A stretch of DNA of 64,000 nt, taken from positions 35,307-99,306 of the forward strand of contig CAYIWY010000001.1 in NCBI GenBank assembly GCA_964367355.1, written 5' to 3'. This document shows, one piece after another, positions 37,659 through 47,048 of this stretch. Under the pieces are notes generated by a model. It was not told the origin of the DNA and made no database searches. It saw only the letters and a program-made list of their open reading frames with translations. Both the position numbers and the translations under genes were made by a program. The stretch comes from an uncultured Gammaproteobacteria bacterium (GTDB taxonomy: Bacteria; Patescibacteriota; Microgenomatia; Woykebacterales; RBG-16-39-9b). Positions within the stretch are counted from its first letter, which is position 1. Every line of letters begins with the position of its first letter.

Positions 37659-37928
37659 ATGTCATTAGTAAAAGAGGATAAGCAAAAAATATTGGTTGAC
37701 TTTGCGCAGCACGATGGGGATACTGGTTCACCAGAAGTGCAGATTGCTTTGTTGACCGAAAGAATCAAAAGGCTAACAGAACATCTTAAAGCACATAAGC
37801 AAGATGTTCACTCTCGTCGTGGTTTGCTGCAAATGGTAAACAAACGTCGCCGAATCTTGCTCTATCTAACCAGAAAAGACCCAGACCGTTACAAACAAAT
37901 TGTAGAAAAACTTGGTCTGAGCAAGTAA
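37659..37928 (+). CDS. rpsO: 30S ribosomal protein S15
   Basis: 89 aa with HxxDxxSxxxQ-like [32 protein letters not shown]. Confidence 0.95.
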   Translation: MSLVKEDKQKILVDFAQHDGDTGSPEVQIALLTERIKRLTEHLKAHKQDVHSRRGLLQMVNKRRRILLYLTRKDPDRYKQIVEKLGLSK

Positions 37929-38058
37929 ATTATTACGTAAATTAAAAATTAAAGGAGTAAACAGGTAAGTTCTAGTAGCCGATGTAACCAAGAAAGCTTC
38001 TAGCTTTGAATTTTTTTTGGTCACGTTGGTTTCTAGATTTCCCCTAAAACAAAAATAA

Positions 38059-40152
38059 ATGACAAGAGAACAAAAAAATGCCCAAACCCCTATTAAAAAG
38101 GCCATAAATTGGGGTGGCCGTGAACTTAGTTTTGAAACTGGTCGAGTTGAGACTCAAGCTGACGCTACTATTTTAGCTCAGTACGGTGAAACTGTGATTT
38201 TGGCTACAGTTGGACATGCAATCGCTAGCGAAGACCTCGGTTATTTCCCTCTTTCTGTCGAATTTGAGGAAAAAATGTATGCTGCTGGAAGAATTTCTGG
38301 CTCTAGGTTTATTAAACGCGATGGCCGACCAACCGAATCAGCGATATTAGCCGGTCGTTTGATTGATCGTTCAATTCGTCCCCTTTTCCCTAAAGATTAT
38401 TTTAACCAAGTTCAAGTAATTGTCACTGTACTTTCCTATGACACTGAAAATGATCCGGATAACTTGGGTTTAATTGCGGCCAGTATGGCACTGCATGCTT
38501 CAAGTGTACCGTGGAATGGGCCAGTGGCTTCGGCTCAAGTTGGTTTAATAAACGGTGAATTTATTCTCAACCCAACAAAAACTCAGTTAGAGGAAACAGA
38601 ACTAGAAATTTTGGTAACTTTCAATAAAGACAAAACTGTCATGATCGAAGCTGAAGCCAAAGAAGTTCCCGAAAAAATTGTTAAAGAAGCAATCGATTTT
38701 GCTAGGAAATCAGTTGAGCCAGTCTTTAAGTTAATTGAAGACATGTACAAAGAAATGGGTAAGCCTAATCATGATTATGTGGCCAAAGAAATTAACCAAG
38801 ACATTAAAAAAGAAATCGTTGAACACGTTAAAGAAAACTTCAAAGAAGCTCTTTTCAATCCAGAAAGAGCCGCTCGTGAAACTGCTGCTAAGGAATTGAA
38901 AGAAAAAATTTATGTCGATTACGAAGGTAAGCTTTCCAAAGATATTATGGGTGAAATATTTGAAGAAACTGTCAAAAAAATGGTTCGAAAAGCCATTATT
39001 GATGACGGAAAGCGACCGGATGGACGAAAAACAGATGAAGTAAGAAAGATTGATATTGAAGTTGGGTTACTACCAAGAACTCACGGGTCAGCACTTTTCA
39101 AACGAGGGGAAACTCATGTTTTGACAACTGCTACTTTGGGTTCAACTTCCCTTGAACAACTAATCGACACAATGGAAGGTGAGGATACAAAAAGATTTAT
39201 GCATCATTACTACTTCCCACCGTATTCAACCGGGGAGGTTCGTCGAATGGGAATGGCGGGAAGACGTGAAATTGGTCATGGAGCACTCGCTGAAAAAGCA
39301 CTAGTAAATGTAATACCACCGACTGATAAGTTCCCTTACACAGTTCGACTTGTTTCTGAATGTTTAAGTTCCTCAGGTTCAACTTCAATGGCATCAACTT
39401 GTGGTTCAACTTTGGCTTTGATGGACGCTGGAGTTCCAATTACAGCCCCAGTTTCTGGAATTGCTATGGGACTTGTAACCGAAGGTGCTAAATTCAAAGT
39501 GTTGACCGATATCCAAGCCCTTGAAGATTTCTATGGCGATATGGATTTCAAAATTGCCGGGACAGAAAAAGGAATTACTGCAATCCAACTTGATGTTAAA
39601 ATCGATGGTTTATCAGCGGAAATTATCGATCAAACATTTAAAGATGGTAAGGTTGCCCGAGATTATATTCTCGACAAAATGTTAGCAACTATACCTAAGG
39701 TTCGGGAAGATATGTCAAAATACGCACCAAGAGTGAGTGTCATGCATATTTCCCCAAAGAAAATTGGAGCAGTTATTGGAACTGGTGGAAAGACAATTAA
39801 TAAAATTATTGAAGATACTGGGGTTGAAATTGATATTGATGACGACGGAACGGTGATGATTTCTGGGACGGACCCTGTTGGTGCAGAGAAAGCAATGGAA
39901 ATTATTGAAGGTTTGACTCACGAGGTTAAACCAGGGGAAGAGTATATGAGTACGGTTAAAAAGATTATGCCGTTTGGAGCTTTTGTCGAAATTTTGCCTG
40001 GGGTTGAAGGTTTGGTACACATCTCAAGTATTGCTAAGTATCGGGTCGAAGATATCAATAAAGAAGTAAAACTGGGTGATAAATTCAAAGTTACTGTCAA
40101 AGAAATTGACGACAAAGGTCGGGTAAATTTAATCCGTAAGTTTGAAGATTAA
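38059..40152 (+). CDS. pnp: polyribonucleotide nucleotidyltransferase (PNPase)
   Basis: Two RNase PH domains, KH (GKTINKI) and a C-terminal S1 domain. 697 aa. Confidence 0.97.
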   Translation: MTREQKNAQTPIKKAINWGGRELSFETGRVETQADATILAQYGETVILATVGHAIASEDLGYFPLSVEFEEKMYAAGRISGSRFIKRDGRPTESAILAGRLIDRSIRPLFPKDYFNQVQVIVTVLSYDTENDPDNLGLIAASMALHASSVPWNGPVASAQVGLINGEFILNPTKTQLEETELEILVTFNKDKTVMIEAEAKEVPEKIVKEAIDFARKSVEPVFKLIEDMYKEMGKPNHDYVAKEINQDIKKEIVEHVKENFKEALFNPERAARETAAKELKEKIYVDYEGKLSKDIMGEIFEETVKKMVRKAIIDDGKRPDGRKTDEVRKIDIEVGLLPRTHGSALFKRGETHVLTTATLGSTSLEQLIDTMEGEDTKRFMHHYYFPPYSTGEVRRMGMAGRREIGHGALAEKALVNVIPPTDKFPYTVRLVSECLSSSGSTSMASTCGSTLALMDAGVPITAPVSGIAMGLVTEGAKFKVLTDIQALEDFYGDMDFKIAGTEKGITAIQLDVKIDGLSAEIIDQTFKDGKVARDYILDKMLATIPKVREDMSKYAPRVSVMHISPKKIGAVIGTGGKTINKIIEDTGVEIDIDDDGTVMISGTDPVGAEKAMEIIEGLTHEVKPGEEYMSTVKKIMPFGAFVEILPGVEGLVHISSIAKYRVEDINKEVKLGDKFKVTVKEIDDKGRVNLIRKFED

Positions 40153-40171
40153 AAATTAAGAAGCTATCGAA

Positions 40172-40798
40172 ATGGATAACAAGGCTTTACTTGAGGGTTT
40201 AGCTCTGAAAATCCGAACTTGTAATTTGTGTCCTTTGTATAAAGGTACAACTAACGCCGTACCAGGTGAGGGTGATCCAAACGCAAAGTTATTTTTTATC
40301 GGCGAAGGTCCGGGTTATTACGAAGATCAGTCTGGCCGACCATTTGTTGGTCGGGCTGGGAAATTACTGGAGCAAACACTAAACAAAGTTGGGTTAAAAC
40401 GAGAAGAGGTTTTTATTGGTAATGTCGTTAAGCACCGACCAGTGGAGAACCGTGATCCATTGCCAGCAGAAATACTAGCTTGTAAAGGTTGGTTGGAGCA
40501 ACAATTGGCAATTATTAGACCAAAAGTAGTCGTAACGTTAGGAAGATTTTCAATGGCCCATTTTTTAAAGAACGTAACGATTTCCCAAGTCCATGGTCAA
40601 CCACGAAAGGTTGCTGACTATATTGTCCTTCCGATGTATCACCCAGCCGCAGCTTTAAGAGGAAATACTATGCTAGCTGCTTTCGAAACTGACTTTTTAA
40701 AAAACAAAGAATTATTAGACAATCCCGAAGCTTTTTTAGAAAAATTTTCAGATTCAGAAAAGGAAGATTCTTCAGATCAAGTTAAACTTTTTAATTAA
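40172..40798 (+). CDS. uracil-DNA glycosylase, family 4
   Basis: Fe-S Cys (CNLCPL), GEGPG and HPAAALR-like (HPAAALR) motifs. Confidence 0.85.
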   Translation: MDNKALLEGLALKIRTCNLCPLYKGTTNAVPGEGDPNAKLFFIGEGPGYYEDQSGRPFVGRAGKLLEQTLNKVGLKREEVFIGNVVKHRPVENRDPLPAEILACKGWLEQQLAIIRPKVVVTLGRFSMAHFLKNVTISQVHGQPRKVADYIVLPMYHPAAALRGNTMLAAFETDFLKNKELLDNPEAFLEKFSDSEKEDSSDQVKLFN

Positions 40799-40801
40799 AA
40801 T

Positions 40802-42496
40802 ATGAACAACACATTTAAAGAAATTAAACAAAATCAAAAACCAACTAAAGTCCTTAAGTTTATTCCTTTGGGTGGTAACGGTCAGGTTACTAAGAATATG
40901 TTCGTCTACGAATACGGGGACGACATAGTTTTAGTTGATTGTGGTATGGGTTTTCCTAGTGAGCAGCTTTACGGAGTAGACATGGTTATCCCTGATATTT
41001 CTTATTTGAGAGATAAACAAACAAAAATTCGTGGGCTTTTAATTACTCATGGTCATGAAGATCACATTGGCGCAATCCCATATTTGATTGATAAACTCTC
41101 GACAACTGTATACGCAACCAGGTTAACAGTTGGTTTAATTAAAAATAAATTAAAAGAAGCCAATAAATTAAATACCACTAAAGTTGTTCAAATTAACCCA
41201 GGAGAACAATTTAACCTGGGGGCTTTTCGAGTTGAAGCGTTTCGAGTGAGCCACTCGATCCCAGATTCGGTTGGTTATGCTTTGACAACCCCACTTGGGA
41301 CAACGATTCACACCGGGGATTATAAATTTGATTGGACCCCACTGGATGGCAAAACCACTGATGTTGACCTCTTGACCGAGTATGGCCGTAAGGGCGTGTT
41401 AGCCTTGATGAGTGACTGTCTTAGATCCGAAAAACCCGGAAATACACTTTCCGAAGCGGCTATTCAAGTTAAATTTGAAGAAGTAATGGCCCACGTTTCC
41501 GGGCGTGTACTCATAACCACTTTTGCCTCCAATATCTCCCGGGTTCAGCAAGCGATCAATGCTTCGTTGAAATTTAATCGCAAAGTTTGTGTGGTTGGTC
41601 GGTCAATGGAAAACAACCTATTAACCGCCCAAAATTTAGGTTATATCTCAATACCCAAGGATCTGTTAATTAAACAAGATCAGATTGAAAAGACTAATGA
41701 TAAAAATCTGACACTGATTGTTGCCGGAAGCCAAGGTCAGCCAGGAAGTGCTTTGAATCGAATCGCCAACGGTGACCATCGTTTTATTTTTATTAAACCA
41801 GGGGACGAAGTTGTTTTTTCCGCTGACCCGATTCCGGGTAATCAAGACGCTGTTTACGAAATGATCGACAGTCTTTCCCGACTGGGAGCGAATGTAAAAT
41901 ATTCCGATATAACCTCTGACTTCCATGTTTCCGGTCACGCTGCTCAAGATGAATTGATTTTGATGCTCTCAATCACTAAACCGAAATATGTGGTGCCGAT
42001 TTCGGCAATGCACCGGATGATGAAACAATACGGAATGCTGGCGGAAAGTACCGGTGTGCCCAAAGCAAATATCTTTATTGTTGATGAAGCCGGGATTATT
42101 GAATTTGACGAACATGGCGCCAGGATAAAAGGCGAAATTCATACGGAAAATATTTTTGTTGATGGTATTGGGGTTGGCGATGTTGGGGAAATAGTTTTGC
42201 GGGACCGAAAAGTTTTAGCGGAGGAAGGCATCGTCGTGGTTATTTTAACAATTGATAAAGCCCACAACGAAATTATTGGCGAGCCTGACATTGTTTCTAG
42301 GGGCTTTGTTTATATGAAGGAATCGGAACCTTTGATTAAACAAGCAACGGAAGTAATTAAAAAATCCCTCAATGGCGATAAAAAAATCAAGAATTGGATG
42401 GCCGTGCGGGAAAAAGTTACCATGGATTTGGAACGTTTCCTCTACCAAAAAACCCAACGCAAGCCGATGGTTGTGCCGGTTATAGTGGGAGTATAA
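40802..42496 (+). CDS. rnj: ribonuclease J
   Basis: Metallo-beta-lactamase HGHEDHIGA, beta-CASP and a C-terminal domain. Confidence 0.9.
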   Translation: MNNTFKEIKQNQKPTKVLKFIPLGGNGQVTKNMFVYEYGDDIVLVDCGMGFPSEQLYGVDMVIPDISYLRDKQTKIRGLLITHGHEDHIGAIPYLIDKLSTTVYATRLTVGLIKNKLKEANKLNTTKVVQINPGEQFNLGAFRVEAFRVSHSIPDSVGYALTTPLGTTIHTGDYKFDWTPLDGKTTDVDLLTEYGRKGVLALMSDCLRSEKPGNTLSEAAIQVKFEEVMAHVSGRVLITTFASNISRVQQAINASLKFNRKVCVVGRSMENNLLTAQNLGYISIPKDLLIKQDQIEKTNDKNLTLIVAGSQGQPGSALNRIANGDHRFIFIKPGDEVVFSADPIPGNQDAVYEMIDSLSRLGANVKYSDITSDFHVSGHAAQDELILMLSITKPKYVVPISAMHRMMKQYGMLAESTGVPKANIFIVDEAGIIEFDEHGARIKGEIHTENIFVDGIGVGDVGEIVLRDRKVLAEEGIVVVILTIDKAHNEIIGEPDIVSRGFVYMKESEPLIKQATEVIKKSLNGDKKIKNWMAVREKVTMDLERFLYQKTQRKPMVVPVIVGV

Positions 42497-42504
42497 TTAC
42501 AGTA

Positions 42505-42852
42505 ATGCGTCGATTATTATTAAGTAGGCAGTTTTCTTGGAACACTTCTAGTTTAATAGTAGGAGCAATTTTCACACTAATTTTCGGAGTTGGTTTGATT
42601 TTATCCATTTTTATAGCGAATAAAAATGGTACCGGTTTTGACGCACTCGGTTATTTTCTAGCTGGTCTTGTATGGAGTGCTGTATTGTCATTTACATCAT
42701 GCTCTTTACTAGGTTATAGATTGAATAGAGATAGAAACCTAAAAGGAATAGTATTTAATCTAGTACTTAGTTGGTTACTCATGCTAGTCGGGGGAACTAT
42801 TGGATTTTTTCTGATACTATTTATTTACCCAATAGTACGCGACGTTTTCTAA
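42505..42852 (+). CDS. small polytopic membrane protein
   Basis: Four predicted TM segments. The start was moved from 42394 because that stretch overlaps the end of rnj. Confidence 0.4.
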   Translation: MRRLLLSRQFSWNTSSLIVGAIFTLIFGVGLILSIFIANKNGTGFDALGYFLAGLVWSAVLSFTSCSLLGYRLNRDRNLKGIVFNLVLSWLLMLVGGTIGFFLILFIYPIVRDVF

Positions 42853-42990
42853 TCCCATAGTTTGACAAGTCCTGAATTTTCTGTTACTCTTTTTTAACCT
42901 GCCGAACTCTAAGACCCAAGGTCGCAGAGCACTTCAGTGATCTATTAAAAAAACTTCGGCCGAGATATAAGCACTCGATAAGATCTCGCG

Positions 42991-43017
42991 CTTGTATCGC
43001 AGAAGCGATATAATTAA
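42991..43017 (+). promoter_or_regulatory. second copy of the conserved motif CTTGTATCGCAGAAGCGATATAATTAA, upstream of ftsK
   Basis: Contains a perfect hairpin TATCGCagaaGCGATA plus TATAAT. Confidence 0.5.
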
Positions 43018-43021
43018 CTCA

Positions 43022-45121
43022 ATGCGGCACCGACAAAAATCGTTCCGAAGTCCAATTAAGATCAAACTTAAAAAGAAAACCCTGCAAACTATTGCTGGTT
43101 TAGCATGTATTGGTTTTGCCGGCATCTCACTTTTAGCTTTTTTTGGTGCTGATACTGGATTTGCGGCAGTTTTAAAGCAAAAAGAATTTGAATATTTTGG
43201 TTGGGGTTCAATTTTTCTACCCCTTGCTTCTGCACTTTTGGGAATAGTTTTTCTAAAAATTGGTTTACCCTTCAATAGTTCCAACACTGCTTTTGGTTTT
43301 TCAATTTTTCTAGTTTCGATAATTGCTTTCACTGCGACTTTTTTACCAGAACAATCAGGGATAATTGGTTCGTCAATTGCCAATGCAATTAGTAGTTTGG
43401 TCACTAGAGTCGGAGCAGCCTTTCTATTATTTATACTTTCTTTAATCGCCTTGGTTGTAACTCTAAATACTTCACTGGAAACTGCTTTTGGTGCACTCGG
43501 AAAAGGTGCCAGCCTTTCACTGGGAGCAGCAAAAACCCTCGCGGGTAAAGGCAAAAAAGAAGAAGACCAAAAAGACCTACCGTTTGCCACCCGAGGTATG
43601 AAAGTTAATGAGCACAAAAAACTTGAAGAAGTTCCAGCCTTAAGTACAGCGGTTGTCAGTAATCTACCAGGAGATTCTCAAGTTTGGGAATACCCCCCAC
43701 TTGATTTGTTAACGGATAGTTTAGGGGCAAAAGCCGAACGAGGGGATTTGAAACATAACGCTTCAGTTATTGAAAAAACGCTAGAAAGTTTTGGGATTCA
43801 GGCTCGAGTGGTGGAAGTTAATATGGGTCCGGCCATCACCCAATACGCAATTGAAATTGCCCTGGGGACTAAATTAACTAAAATAACCTCACTTGCCAAC
43901 GATATCGCATTAGGATTGGCGGCTCCAACTGGAACCGTTCGTATTGAAGCCCCCATTCCAGGGAAATCACTAGTTGGAATTGAAGTACCAAATATTACTC
44001 CCGAAGTAGTACCACTGAAAACAGTTTTGTCATCTGGAAATATGCAAAAAGCCACTTCCAGACTTTCACTAGCGCTTGGACTGGATGTGTCTGGTACCCC
44101 GCTAGTAGCTGATCTAGCCAAAATGCCTCACGTATTGATTGCCGGAAGTACTGGAAGTGGTAAAAGTGTCGCGATCAATGCCTTTATTTGTAACTTATTG
44201 TTTCGTGCTAACCCTTCGGAAGTAAAGATGATTTTAGTTGACCCGAAGATTGTCGAGCTCTCTGGTTGGAATGGGATTCCTCATCTTTTGACACCAGTGA
44301 TTACAGAACCGGAAAAAGTTCTCTCAGCTCTCAAATGGGCAACTGGAGAGATGGAACGACGCTACAAAGCTTTTGCTGAGATTGGGGCCCGAAATATTGA
44401 CCAGTACAACGAAATGAGTGGATTTCAGGCCCTCCCTTACATTGTAATTATTATTGACGAATTAGCTGACCTTATGCTTTTTGCGCCAGTGGAGGTTGAA
44501 GATGCGATTACCAGGCTTGCTCAGATGTCGCGGGCAACTGGTATTCATATGATTTTGGCCACGCAAAGACCAAGTGTCGATGTTATTACCGGATTGATCA
44601 AAGCCAACATTCCAACTCGATTGGCTTTCAACGTTGCTTCCCAAGTTGATAGCCGAGTAATTATTGACCAACCCGGAGCCGAAAAACTACTTGGTCGAGG
44701 AGATATGCTTTATGTTCCACCGGACGCATCCAAGGCAGCTCGTATCCAGGGAGTTTTTGTTTCCGAACCGGAAATTAATAAACTTAAAGAATTTCTTAAG
44801 AAAAGTGGAGTTGAGCCACAATATACCGCTGAAGTTACCCAGATGCCGATCAATAAAATCTCTGGCCGTGCTGGAACCGATAGTGGCAACCGAGACGCTC
44901 TTTTTGAGGACGCAGTTCAAATAATTTGTCAATTTGACCGTGCTAGCGCTTCACTACTACAGAGAAAACTTAGTATTGGTTATGCTCGTGCTGCTAGGTT
45001 ATTAGACGAACTTGAAGCGTCTGGAGTTGTCGGTGGCGCCGATGGTTCCAAACCGAGAGATGTTTTGGTAAAAGACCCTTCAAGAGTTTTAGGTGGGGGT
45101 GAAGATACAGGCGAGGGTTAA
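43022..45121 (+). CDS. ftsK: DNA translocase FtsK/SpoIIIE
   Basis: N-terminal TM segments, Walker A GSTGSGKS, and Walker B plus a C-terminal gamma winged-helix domain. The start was moved to the ATG at 43022 after the promoter motif. Confidence 0.9.
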   Translation: MRHRQKSFRSPIKIKLKKKTLQTIAGLACIGFAGISLLAFFGADTGFAAVLKQKEFEYFGWGSIFLPLASALLGIVFLKIGLPFNSSNTAFGFSIFLVSIIAFTATFLPEQSGIIGSSIANAISSLVTRVGAAFLLFILSLIALVVTLNTSLETAFGALGKGASLSLGAAKTLAGKGKKEEDQKDLPFATRGMKVNEHKKLEEVPALSTAVVSNLPGDSQVWEYPPLDLLTDSLGAKAERGDLKHNASVIEKTLESFGIQARVVEVNMGPAITQYAIEIALGTKLTKITSLANDIALGLAAPTGTVRIEAPIPGKSLVGIEVPNITPEVVPLKTVLSSGNMQKATSRLSLALGLDVSGTPLVADLAKMPHVLIAGSTGSGKSVAINAFICNLLFRANPSEVKMILVDPKIVELSGWNGIPHLLTPVITEPEKVLSALKWATGEMERRYKAFAEIGARNIDQYNEMSGFQALPYIVIIIDELADLMLFAPVEVEDAITRLAQMSRATGIHMILATQRPSVDVITGLIKANIPTRLAFNVASQVDSRVIIDQPGAEKLLGRGDMLYVPPDASKAARIQGVFVSEPEINKLKEFLKKSGVEPQYTAEVTQMPINKISGRAGTDSGNRDALFEDAVQIICQFDRASASLLQRKLSIGYARAARLLDELEASGVVGGADGSKPRDVLVKDPSRVLGGGEDTGEG

Positions 45122-45164
45122 TAAAAACTTGCACAAAGCAGTCCTTTGAGTCTAAAATCCCATT

Positions 45165-46133
45165 GTGAAAACTGTTGGACAAATTTTAAAAGAAGAACGA
45201 ACTAAAAAAAATTTTACTCTCGATGAAGTCGAACGAGCGACAAAAATTCGCAAAAAAATTCTAGTCTCGTTGGAGGAGGGTGATTGGAAAAGCTTACCTT
45301 CAACCACTTTTGTTAAGGGTTTGATAAAAAATTACGGCCGATTTTTGGGTTTAGATCACAACGAACTAATTGCCTTTTTCCGACGGGAGTTTGATGAGAA
45401 AAAACAGGTTAGAAAACCTTTTGATATTAGTAATGTAAAAAATAAAGGATTTCGCCTGACACCACAATTTGTTACAGTCAGCGCAATTGGTTTGGCTGTC
45501 TTGATCGTCGTTGGTTACTTGTTTGTTCAATACCAAAGCTTCACTGGCCCCCCACTTTTAGAAATAACTGAACCGCAAAACAATATTAAAGTAAATAGTT
45601 CAGAAGTTAATCTAGTTGGTAAGACTTGGGAAGACGCAGTTTTGAAAGTTAATGGTGAAAAAGTTTCTCTATCTCCTGGAGGAGCATTTTCAGTAGCAGT
45701 TGGTTTAAATCAAGGTGTCAATGTGATCACTGTGACGGCAATAAATCGTTTTGGCAAAATTGCTACGGCAAAGCGAACAGTTGTAGTCGAAATAGTTAAA
45801 AAAGTAGAGACTGACGTTTCGCAAACTGGTGTGAGCATTTTAGTAAAAATAAATCCTGATTCAACCAATATTTTAGTTGAAGCAGACGGGACAAAAATAT
45901 TTGAAGGTGTTTTAGTTGCTGGTACAGAAAAAACCTTCAGCGCAAAAGATCGGATTAGGATTCTTTCTAAAAACGCCGGCTCGACGAAAGTAGTTTACAA
46001 TGGTGTTGAAGAAGTACTTGGTAAGGTCAGCGAAGAAGCTGAAAAAGTTTACCAGAAGGAGTTCCCAACCCTAGTTCTTATAGAGCCACTTGCCCAAAGA
46101 GCAACGGTATGGTATCTTTTCAGCAATTGTTAG
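45165..46133 (+). CDS. rodZ: RodZ-like cytoskeleton protein (XRE-HTH plus TM)
   Basis: GTG start. N-terminal HTH MKTVGQILKEERTKKNFTLDEVERATKI, a TM around residue 110, then a periplasmic domain. Confidence 0.55.
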   Translation: MKTVGQILKEERTKKNFTLDEVERATKIRKKILVSLEEGDWKSLPSTTFVKGLIKNYGRFLGLDHNELIAFFRREFDEKKQVRKPFDISNVKNKGFRLTPQFVTVSAIGLAVLIVVGYLFVQYQSFTGPPLLEITEPQNNIKVNSSEVNLVGKTWEDAVLKVNGEKVSLSPGGAFSVAVGLNQGVNVITVTAINRFGKIATAKRTVVVEIVKKVETDVSQTGVSILVKINPDSTNILVEADGTKIFEGVLVAGTEKTFSAKDRIRILSKNAGSTKVVYNGVEEVLGKVSEEAEKVYQKEFPTLVLIEPLAQRATVWYLFSNC

Positions 46134-46147
46134 GGGAAAATAAACCA

Positions 46148-46438
46148 ATGGATACTGCCACCTTTTTTACCATCGTCACGATTTTAATTGCCCTGATTTT
46201 GTCAGCAGTTGGCGCTTATCTGGTTTTAGTCCTCCACGAAGCTCGTACATCACTTAAAAGATTAAATCGCATTTTGACCCGAGCAGATAAATTAGCTGAA
46301 TTTGTTGATGATAAAATCGCCCGACCCAGCGCAAATTTCGCCTCAATATTTGGATTATTGAATGAAGGTTTACAGTTTTTTAAAGACCTAAAAAGAACAG
46401 TTAGAAAAACTACGGATGAGGAAACAAGAAATGAGTGA
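46148..46438 (+). CDS. small membrane protein
   Basis: Single TM followed by a coiled region. Confidence 0.35.
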   Translation: MDTATFFTIVTILIALILSAVGAYLVLVLHEARTSLKRLNRILTRADKLAEFVDDKIARPSANFASIFGLLNEGLQFFKDLKRTVRKTTDEETRNE

Positions 46439-46634
46439 TCACAACGATACTGGTTTTCACAAAGGTTTATTTTACGGGGTTTTACTTGGGGTCGGTTTAA
46501 TTTGGTTTTTAGGAACAAAAGAAGGAAAGAAAATCAAAGAAGAAGTTCTTTCTAAGGGTGAGGATTTGTTAACCCAAGCTTCAGAAACCATTGAGGCAAC
46601 ACTGGAAGAAATCCCAGAAAAGTCCCAAGAATAA
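46416..46634 (+). CDS. small membrane protein
   Basis: 72 aa with TM FHKGLFYGVLLGVGLIWFL. Confidence 0.4.
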   Translation: MRKQEMSDHNDTGFHKGLFYGVLLGVGLIWFLGTKEGKKIKEEVLSKGEDLLTQASETIEATLEEIPEKSQE

Positions 46635-46700
46635 TTAAAAAATCAGTTTCTTTTCGAGTTCCAGGATAGATCGCTTCGCGTTCTGATTCTTCGTTAGTTT

Positions 46701-47000
46701 TTAAAATACTAGTTTTTTCTCAATCTCAGAAATAAAATCTGGGTAGTAGTGGGAAATTACAGTGATATCAAATTCTTGAAGAATATTTTCCTTCGGTTCT
46801 CTCTCAAGCAGAAATTCAAAGGACTTTTCAACGACTTTTTCAGGATCAAGACTAGCTCCTATACGAGTTACAAAATCCTTGTCCATAGTTACAGTGTATT
46901 CACCTTGCGAGTTTTCATCAGTTACAGTTACTGAAAAATGCCAACCCATATTCGTGGCCCTAGTTTTAATTTTTATATCCATTCTTTTATATGATAACAA
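46701..47000 (-). CDS. hypothetical protein
   Basis: 99-aa ORF with host-like composition. Confidence 0.4.
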   Translation of the reverse strand: MLSYKRMDIKIKTRATNMGWHFSVTVTDENSQGEYTVTMDKDFVTRIGASLDPEKVVEKSFEFLLEREPKENILQEFDITVISHYYPDFISEIEKKLVF

Positions 47001-47048
47001 AAATTTACTTGATTGAGAAACTTATTACTGATATTCTTGACCACAGAG

